DNA of 64,000 nucleotides from the human T2T-CHM13v2.0 reference genome, Homo sapiens: the NCBI RefSeq assembly GCF_009914755.1, contig NC_060944.1; one strand, given 5' to 3'. The translations under genes were made by a program, and so were the position numbers. Of the stretch, positions 54,706 through 64,000 are shown piece after piece. Below the pieces are notes generated by a model, which saw only the letters and a program-made list of their open reading frames with translations, was not told the DNA's origin and made no database searches. Every line of letters starts with the position of its first letter. Positions within the stretch are counted from its first letter, which is position 1.

Positions 54706-57700
54706 TTTATTTGTTTTGCTTCAGCCTCCTTCACTTCAATAGAAGTCCATGAAGACAGACAGTCAATCTGTCTTTCTCACTCCCACAAACCCAGAATGGT
54801 GCCTGACATGGAGCTCACGCTCAGTAAATACTTGTTGGATGATGAATGGATGTCTCTCAGTCACCCTGGTGCGGGCCACCACCACCTCTTGCATGGCTCC
54901 AGAACTTTCTTCCTCCTAGGTCTCCCGACATCTTCTCTATGGTCCTCCAACACAGAGCAGCCCAAGTGACCCTTCTCCAGCAGCACTCCCTGCAGCAGAG
55001 CCTCCCTGCCCTTAGACAAACATTTAAACTACTCACGATGCTGCCCAAAGTCCAGGCTTTCCTGCCCAACATTTGCCCTGACCACCTTCTCCTGTGCCCT
55101 GTATGCTCAGGACATGCTGGCAGCATCAAGCCAACTCCGTGTGCAGGGCCTCTGCAACCACTATCTCCTCTGTCTGAAGCACCCCCCCACCAAATCACTA
55201 GACTGTGAACTCCCTCCTGTGATTTGAGTCCCAGCCCAGGTCACATTTTCAAAGATATCTCCTCTGACCACTATATCCAAGTAGCCCTCCCGTATCCCAG
55301 ACACCCACACTTACTATATCCACTATTATTTTCACTATCTGAAATTTCTGGTTACTTAATATTAGTTACTGATTTAGTGCCTTTCTTTCCACTGGCTCTT
55401 CTGCTAATCAAACACCATGAGTACAAGGACCGAACCTTTCTTAGTCACTTAAGTATCACTGTGCCTAGGAAAGTTCTTAACACATAGCTGATGTACAATA
55501 ATTTACTTGCTGAAAGAAAGAATAAAAACCTGGGCTAGGTATGGACTGAGCACTGGTCCTTAGGAAAGGGACTTTGCTAGGCCCTACTCAACTCCACATG
55601 ATTCGTGAGCTGTGGATATACCTCAGGCATTATATACATTGCCAGTATTTGTCCATACAGTTAAGTGAAATTTTTTCCAATTCCAGCCACTCCTATGGGG
55701 TCTTCACATCATGCCTTCTGGGAAGTTTATGCTTAAGCTGCCTCAACACTGAGGTTGAACCCAACAGGAGCACATTATGCAGACATAAAGCCAGGATCAC
55801 GCCTTCCTGAGTTATATCCCATGGTCCATTTGCTGGGTAACTGGCTTTCAGCAATTTCATGACCATGCCACCCACACCCCTCTGCAGGAGGAGGATGAGG
55901 TTGTCAGGAGAATCCTGACTTCAGGAGCAACCCCAGTGAAACGAGAATTTCAAAAGGATTCATGAGACTTTGGGGGGTGGAAAGTCATTCCAGTGCCCTC
56001 CAAAGAGCCCTCTCCCATGGAGATTTATCAAAGAAAAAGGATGCATTTGCTTGTGACAGCAAACCATGGTCAGTGCTTGGAGGTAAGGCAGAGCTTTTAC
56101 CACTCTGGCCTTGAAGGTAGTTACGGCTAGGGTAAGAGACAGGTGTCAAGGTTGGGCATCAGGACGGAGATGAAAATTCCCATTAGAGCACAAAGTTCTG
56201 GGATCCAGGTAGAGAGACTCATGCTATTTTCCCTTGGGAAAAGCCAGCTGTCACCTACTAGAAAGCTAAAGTCCAAGCATCCAGCACAAAGTAAGAAGCA
56301 GGAACACAGGTAGATGTGGCAGAGGCAAGCACGCTCTGAGTGGATGGGATGTAGGCAGGGAATGAGGAAGACAGAAGGCATGTTTCAGAGAGACTACCTC
56401 GAAACTGGAGGTAGTGCAAGATTGAGCGCATGCAATTAAATGGACCACAGATAGCACAGACATCTCCCAACACAGTTGCCCAGTCTTAGGCTCATTCTCA
56501 AATGAGCAGCTGATGGTGACTCCCACGAGTCCAGGGTGGGGAATATTTCACCCTAGTGAAGGAGATTCATATGCATATCTACTACATAAACCCTGCATAG
56601 CTGGGGGGATTTCTGGGATCCTCTTCACATGAAGTCTGGGTCAATAGAAACATTTCCCCAGGCATGACTGAATGACAGACCCATCTGAGAAATTCTAAAA
56701 GCCTCAGGAAGTAACCCAGAGGGTAGGGACTTTCAGCCAGTGCAAAGAAGAGCCCAGTAGCATCTCAGCATTCCCAAGATACCAGTTGCTTCTTGGGAAA
56801 GAGGGTCTCTCCTGCACAGGATCCAAACACAATTTCTCAAAATAATGTTCGGAACTTGTAATGTGTTCCAAATTCCTCCAGAGAAGGGGCTCTAAGACAA
56901 TGAGTCAGACAACGGCATTCTAGTGCCAGGCAGAGGGAGGGAAGTTACATTTGAGGGTCTGACAAATTCATTGCAGCAGAAGTGGAAAGAGTTATTTCAA
57001 TTAAAGCAACATGGATGAGGCTGAAATGAGAATAGTCCCTAAATGCGAGGATTGAGAAGCACATAAGGAGAGGAGGACCCATGATGTCTCTTGAGGCAGC
57101 AGCAAACTGCACCATAGCCCAAAGCATGACTCATGCCCATATGGGAGGAGTGGAGAGAGCCCACAGGGGGTTACCTAGAACTGGATGGCTGCCAAGAAAC
57201 TACTGGGAATCTCCAATCTGCAGAACACTAACAAACTCATGGGGCTGGCATTCCAGGTATCCCTCCCAGGGTCTGCCATAATCTCCATGCAAATCAGTTT
57301 GATTTCAGTCCCCCCAACCAAATGTCACTGGGTATGATGTCATCTCAACTACCTGTACCCAGGACTTATGGCCTCTGAGATTTAGTAAATCCAGAAACCA
57401 CATCTCCCTGCTGAAACACATTCCAATATCTGAGACTAAATATGGCAAAGAAGTAGATGGGTATGGAGGAGTGCCACGCCTTTGAGGACTCTTGACGCTG
57501 TACCATAAGTACTAACCACTATGAGAAATCTCTATGCCTACATGGAGCTGATGAGTATATTTAAAATTATTTTAAAAGAATTAATAACTTCAGGGTACTT
57601 TTCCCTGTGAGGGAACAGTGTGCTAATTTGCTCAGTGTTTTGGTGGTGGTGTGTTTTTTTTTTTTAAGACAATTGCACAAGATTCTATCCAAAGCCCTCT

Positions 57701-58020
57701 AATTCTACCACTTCAGTGGTCTGAATCCCACTAATAAACAATCAGGACTTTAGACTCCCTTAATAATGGAGAGAGATTCAAACAAAGATGTTTTGCCACT
57801 CTCTGCAAATTCCTGGAGGTGCTGCCTGTTGAACAGGCCGGCAAAATTATGGATTTATTCAGGACTGATTGCATTGAGTATGTAAGCATTTCTGAAGGAT
57901 TCAAAGAGAAAGAGAGAGTGAGAGATGTTTGTAAGCTGAATGAATGGAAGGGATTGCAGGCTCTATGCTACCCAGTCTGGCATGGATCAAGGCTGTGTTG
58001 GGAGGAAGGGAAAGACTTAC

Positions 58021-58102
58021 TGCATGGATGAGCAAGGACCCGGACCTCGTCCACGGCGATGTAGCCAGGATGACCCTTCAATGAGACGGATTCAAATATC
58101 AC
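58021..58102 (-). CDS. PTPRT: PTPRT coding exon (probably exon 4), C-terminal end of the MAM domain
   Basis: Minus strand tgttgcag|GTGATATTTGAA...CATCCATGCA|gtaagt; 82 nt = 27 codons + 1, [27 protein letters not shown] (MAM-type IAVD motif); phase 1 end matches the next exon. Confidence 0.95.
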
Positions 58103-58689
58103 CTGCAACACACAGGGCGGGAGTCAATTTCACAGAAACAGTTGCAGGCATTCATCACAAGAAGCTGCCCGGCCCCCAGCCCTTTATGTTTCAACTTCCC
58201 ATCAGAAGCAACCCAAGAAACCTTCTGTTAAGACAGCACGCTACCCTGGCAATTGACTGGGATTTTCAACACAAGGTAAAAAGGCCACACTTTGGTGGCT
58301 AGCAAAAGAAGAATATTTTTAACAAATTTCAGAAATAACACTTAGATGCAGGAAAAACAACCCAAACACCGAGGTCTCGGAAACCCCAGTCTGCATCTTT
58401 CTCATTGCAGCTTCAAGGGTCAAGCCACAACTTGACCATTCTTCTACAGAGAACTACTTTCTAATATTCCAACTTTCTTATGAAGGATAAGATAGATGCC
58501 TACCTTGGAAGCTACCATAAGCCAAGGAGGGTTTACCATGAGTTGATTCTACATTGCCAAGGAACATATTACATTTGAATCTATAATAACACTCTTAAAA
58601 ATAAGTGGCAATCTACCTGTTGGTATCCAGGAGTAGAAGGCAACTGACTTCCACCTAAACTGCTATTTCCATAAAAATTTTGTAATGCA

Positions 58690-60440
58690 TTTAGCTTCCC
58701 TCATCACTCAACCTCTATCTTCACCAAGGAGATATGAATGTCTGTGTGGATAGCATGGCCAACATCCTTGAACTCTCTGGTTCCAATGGCCTTCTTCAAT
58801 CCACTTTAGCCCCACTTTCACCTCATTTTTCACCTTCTGGAAATTGGAAATTCCATTTTCCCATACTCCGGCACAGTCTCTACCGACAGTCTCATCCCAG
58901 TTGACTCCTCTTGACCTGCTCCTCAGGCTCACGTGGTAGCCTGGACCTCTGCTTTTCTTATCTAATCCTTGGATTATTAATGCAGAAGGTCCAGGCTACC
59001 ATGTGAGCTCCTCAGACTCCATACGAGTCTCTCCTAAAGCCCCCATTCCTTTGCACCTTTATTTCAACTTTGCCCAGCCTATAACACATTTGCCTTCTCC
59101 AATCCTGTACCTTACACAACTGCCGCCCTTTCAACATGCACCCATGTAATCCCAGCAGACACCCACATCTTCAAGAGGCAAGAGGGAAAGAGGGGCTGAC
59201 TTCTAACTTTTTACCCATTGACTTGATATCCATCCACACCATCCCCTGCCTCTTCTTTGCAAGGAACATCAGCGCTCTTGACCCGGACTCTTGCTATATT
59301 TTCCATCTTTTGGATTCTTTTTGGTTTTCTCTGTCTACCCTATATCTCCAAACCCTCCCTTTTATCCCTAATTTTGACATGTCAACAGCTTCTCCTATTC
59401 TTTAAAAACTACCCTTCAGCAGCAGGTTTTCTCTAATACCATCCAGTTGTGTTTCAGTAACACTTAAAATTCTCAGCAGTTTTATCTTCATTGACTCCCA
59501 ACACTTCCTGACTTTCCACTGCAAAACTTTAACCTAATATGATCTGGAACTTCCCCTAAAACTGCTTACACGGAAGATACTAATAATCTTCTAATTGCTT
59601 AATCAAGTAGATATTTTCAATCTTTATCTTACTTTAAGAAGGAAGATAGTACAGTGCTTAAACTCTTGTTCCAAGTGCCTAGGTTCAAGTCCTGGCTGTG
59701 CCACTTGCTAGTTAGTAGTCCTGGAAAAGTTATGTTACTGCTCTGTGCCTCATTTTCTGCATCTTTAATTATAGTGTCTACCTCATTGAGTGATTTTTTA
59801 GATTAAGGGAGTTAAGACCCCACTTAGAACAATGTATGGCACATGGTACATTCTCAAGAAATATTTACTAGAATTATTATCACAACTTGACCATTCTTCT
59901 ACAACTGTCAGTGTTCATAGACTCTCCATTTCTGGGTCTTTTTTCTATTTAGGCTCAGATAACACTTTATTCTTGTTATTTTTCTCATAAATCTGGCACT
60001 GTTCAATGCCTGGGAGGTCTGTAGGCATTCCTCCTTCTCCATCTTCCCTTCTAACGTGGGCCCCTGTTAGTCATCTTTTCACTGCATACACTCTCCCTTC
60101 AACAGCTGCCAATGCACTGATAACTCCAAAGCCCAGCTCTGCACCCTAGACCTTTCACCCACACATCCGTCTTAGGTGTCCAGGTCACAGATCTGTATTT
60201 CTACCTAGGTACCACATCAATGACGTGAATCCAACAGATCTGCACAGATTCCTCCTCAAACCTTTTCCCTCATTGACCAATAGTCTATTCTTTCTGAAAT
60301 ACGGAATATGGTTAAGTGGCACTATGACCCATTCAGTCACCCAAGCTGGAGACCAGGGTGTCTATTGGGCCTCAACTTCTGCCTCAGCCCTCATCTTCAT
60401 TTTCCTTTTTATTCTACCTTATTAGCATTTCTCAAATCTT
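58690..60440 (+). mobile_element. Degenerate L2 with a MIR insertion (about 59640-59880)
   Basis: Pyrimidine-rich L2-like motifs; MIR core ctaggttcaagtcctggctgtgccacttgctag. Confidence 0.55.
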
Positions 60441-62744
60441 CCCATGTCATACATCTCTGAATTGTATGCTATAAGATAAACACCTAAAACAGAATGACTG
60501 CATAACATTAAAAAGAACAAGTTGAAGAAAGACATAATAAAGAAATGCAAATAAACAGAAAGCAGTTGTTGCAAAAATAGTGTGAAAACCTTGAAGTAGA
60601 ATTTTAACTGAAAAGAACAATGAAAAAATTAGGTGGACTAAAATGGTCATTTAGAAAAAACACATGAGTCAAGGGACTTAAGTGAAGAAAATGATGAAAA
60701 AGACATGGGTTGAAGACTTTAATCTATGTCTTAGACTTTGACTACTAATCGTATAGGAAAAAGCAAGTATATATAATGTAAATAATAATGTATTTCCTAG
60801 ATACATGTTAATAAATGTAAAGACAGAATGAAACTTCCATTCAAAGGCTTATGGCTCAGTTGCAAAAAAATCATATACTAGGCTACAATATAACTTCAAT
60901 AAATCCCTCGAAGAAGAAATTGTTTAGCTTTGGGCCTATACATTTTCTAACCAAATTCACTACAACTAGAAATTAGTGACAATGTCTTAAAAACCAATTT
61001 ATTTAAAGTTACACAATGCTTTCTTAATAACTATGGTGTCAAGTGTGCTTTGTATGTTAGCAAAAATCTAAAACAAAATTAAAAGTCAAATGACAGGTTG
61101 AGAATAATATTTGTAATACCTATGTCAGCTAATATGAAAATATCCTTTTTTATGTGTAAAGGACTCTTGAGAATCAACAAAAAAAAAACCCAAACCATTC
61201 AAATTAAAAAGTGGCAAATGACTTCAACAGGTAATTCACAAAAAGAGGAAGTAAAAATGGTAATAATCTATGAATGTAATTGTGTAAAATGACACTGAGT
61301 ATGATCAAAAGGTGCCCCAGAAGACACCTACAACCTTGGAGGGAGATGATCACTCCATCAATATGCTTCTGACGTGAGACTCCTAGCCATAGGAAGCCCC
61401 ACCCAATAGATAGCCAGCTCCAGTTTCTAGGGACAGACACCACAAGGGGACAAGGTGATGCCTGGACCCTCAGAGATGGAAAGACCTGCCAAGGTGTTCT
61501 GAGGAGAGGGAGAATGGTTATCTCTGACCCAAGCACACTCTCAAGAAAATTCAACCACGGCCCTTGAGGAATCAAAGTCAGGAAATGGGAGAGCCAGGGG
61601 AGTGAGTAGAGAAGTCTAGAGGTGACTCTGGTGCAGTGTTTTCCTCCTGTCTTCAGGAGGCAGGGGAGTAGGGATGGGATGTCTTCAGGAGGCAGGCCAT
61701 GCATACCCAGTGGCACTCCAAGTCAGTAAATGGAGGCCGAGACCCTGAGTACAGGGAGTGGAGCAGAGGGCCCAGGCTGAGAATTCCAACGTCTCTGTAG
61801 ATGCTCTTCAGCTCCAAGGCTGCCATGTGGACCTACCATCTATTGCACATGCTCCAGCCCATAGGCTTCATTAGAGACCTCCTGGTGCAGGTGTTGAAGA
61901 GATGAGGCTTGCATGGAAAGGTGAAAACCTCTCCCTGTGCATGACTACTTGTGCAAAGCCAGGAAGCAATTCCCCACAAGAGGCTCTGAGATGAGTCTTG
62001 CTCATCCTTCCAAAAAATGGTTTTTGTTCATACTTGGAGGAGGGTGTGGATATGTCAGGCCATGGTTTAACAGACCTGGTGTTTTAACCTAATCTTTTAT
62101 AGTTCTTGAGCAGAAAATCTGCATGGCAAAAATTTCAAGGGGCTGCAAACATTTTCAGGAGAAGAGAAAAATGTTGGCACATCAGAACTCCTCTTAGAAC
62201 ATAAATATACATGTTTTCATGGGGAGAGATTGTTTAGGGTAAAATTAAGAGAGACTTTTTTTACCCTATCAGCCCAAGGAGACCTGTATAAGACAAGGAG
62301 GAGGATTTGATGCTTAGTGGAGAGAAGTGGGATGGGTAAGGAAGCAGATGGAATAGAATTCCAAGAGTGGTAGAGTGGGCCCCTCATTGTGATAAACTCC
62401 ACTTCATTGTGAGTGAATTTACTAAATCTACAGAGTGCCACATAGCACGGTTTTCCAGGGAAAGGGACTGAGTTTAAAGTCCAGTTGAACCAAAGCTGGG
62501 TGAGTCCTTAATTTCAGGGGCCTATATAGCAATAATAACTACCAAATAAAGGTAATTTTTCCTAGGCAGGTGATGGAGACTAGGGCAAGCAGATGGCTGC
62601 AAAATTAACAGAAGTTCTTTTATTTTTTTAAATCTTGAAACAGAAAATTCAGAATCATTAGAAAATATGAAATCAAATTAACATCACCTAGAAAGGAGCT
62701 GTGATCTGAAGTACACGTGACTTAACAGTCATTCAGCACTGAGT

Positions 62745-62965
62745 GGTGACCACATTTAATAATAATATATTGTGCATTTCAAAATTGCTGAAAGAATAGA
62801 TTTTTTTAATGTTCTCACTATACAAAAAAAGTTAAGTTGGTGAGGTGATGGATATGTTCATTAGTTTGACTAAGTCTTTCTATAACACATGCATAGATCA
62901 AAATATCACACTACACCCTCTAAATACACACAATTAATATTTGTCAATTAAAAGTAAATAAACAA
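62745..62965 (+). mobile_element. L1MA 3' end
   Basis: tgaggtgatggatatgttcattag...atcaaaatatcacac...tttgtcaattaaaa. Confidence 0.8.
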
Positions 62966-63683
62966 ACAAGCCCCTGCTTTCCCAAGAAAAGGCACATGTC
63001 AGGAGATGGCTGGCAGAGGCAGGTTCTCACCCCCGGCCTTGCCAAAAGTCTGGTGCCAGAAAGCTCACTAATGAGAAAGAGGAAATTTCAGTGTTTATTA
63101 CAGAGCTAAAAGTCAATTTTAGAACTATAAAATACGACTTTAATAAATTAATACATAAACCATCAGCTCCGAAGCCCAGTAATTTGTATTTAGCCCATAG
63201 AATCATATGTACAGGACCAGAGCTCCAGGTCTGGTGAATTTTAAAACCCATTTTGCTAGTGTCATTGGATTTTCTGATAGGCCTCCTTTTCTTGCCACTG
63301 TACTTATGTGTATATGTGCAAGTATGTTTTGAATCTGAGAGTCTTGTGGGTGCTTGTCCCTATGTGGGCACTCTGCAGTGTTTGTGGCCAAGTGAGTAAC
63401 CATTAGTGACGGTGTGTGTATAACATCTCTCTCCAAACTGCTGCTCTCAGCCAAGGAAATGCAATGAGGCTGTAGTAGCCAATAAGGTGCAAATCAGAAA
63501 ATTCTCCCAGATGAGGCTACTTATCCAAGGGAGGGCATGGAGGTTACTGAGTACAGGCTTAACAACACTGGCTATTTCTTTTAAAAAGGCTTCCTTCCTC
63601 CTTCCCCTTTGTCTCTTTTTCCCTCTTTTCCTTTTTCCCTCCCTCCCTTCCTCCCTTCCTTCCACTGAGGCCCACTACAAGCC

Positions 63684-64000
63684 TGATGGCATGGTTTGGC
63701 TCTGTGTCCCCACCCAAATCACATCTTGAATTGTAATCCCCATAATCCCTACATGTTGAGAGACGAACGTGGTGGGAGGTGATTGGATCATGGGGGTGGT
63801 TTTCCCCATACTGTTCTTGTGATACTGAATGAGTTATCACAAGATCTGATGGTTTTATAAGTGTTTGACAGTTCCTCCTTCACAGGCTCTCTCTTGCCTT
63901 CCACCATGTAAGATGTGCCTGCTTCCCTTTCTGCCATGATTGTAAGTTTCCTGAGGCCTCCCCAGCCATGTGGAAGTGTGAGTCAATTAAACCTCTTTTC
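63684..64000 (+). mobile_element. THE1D-like MaLR LTR (runs off the window end)
   Basis: atggtttggctctgtgtccccacccaaatc...gtaagtttcctgaggcctccccagccatg...gtcaattaaacctcttt. Confidence 0.88.

Noticed and set aside
61204-61716. 170-aa ORF, the longest in the window
   Set aside because: Non-ATG start, overlaps decayed L1-like sequence, no recognisable protein features.

Overview
Primate (human-like) genomic DNA lying entirely inside the receptor tyrosine phosphatase gene PTPRT (RPTP-rho), transcribed on the minus strand. Three coding exons are present with canonical GT-AG sites and matching phases: 58021-58102 (82 nt, end of the MAM domain; missed by the ORF track), 49239-49354 (116 nt) and 34278-34452 (175 nt); the last two together encode the Ig-like domain. 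The rest is intron, densely filled with Alu, MIR, L1, L2, MLT1/MLT2/THE1/LTR16 and MER3/5/20/58 relics plus microsatellites. Nearly all other listed ORFs are chance or repeat-derived. I find no convincing new gene system. The most unusual signals are structural: (1) a local copy of an MLT1D+Alu segment pasted into an Alu monomer, where the two copies of one Alu tail became different microsatellites and a tailless L1 fragment replaces part of the donor; (2) an 82-nt pre-miRNA-like fold-back at 58927-59008; (3) a perfect AT-rich palindrome with 25-bp arms; (4) an Alu with a 93-bp internal tandem duplication; (5) further short dispersed duplications; (6) inverted Alus flanking exon 6. Repeat subfamily names and exon numbers are from recalled consensus sequences and annotation, and repeat boundaries are approximate.
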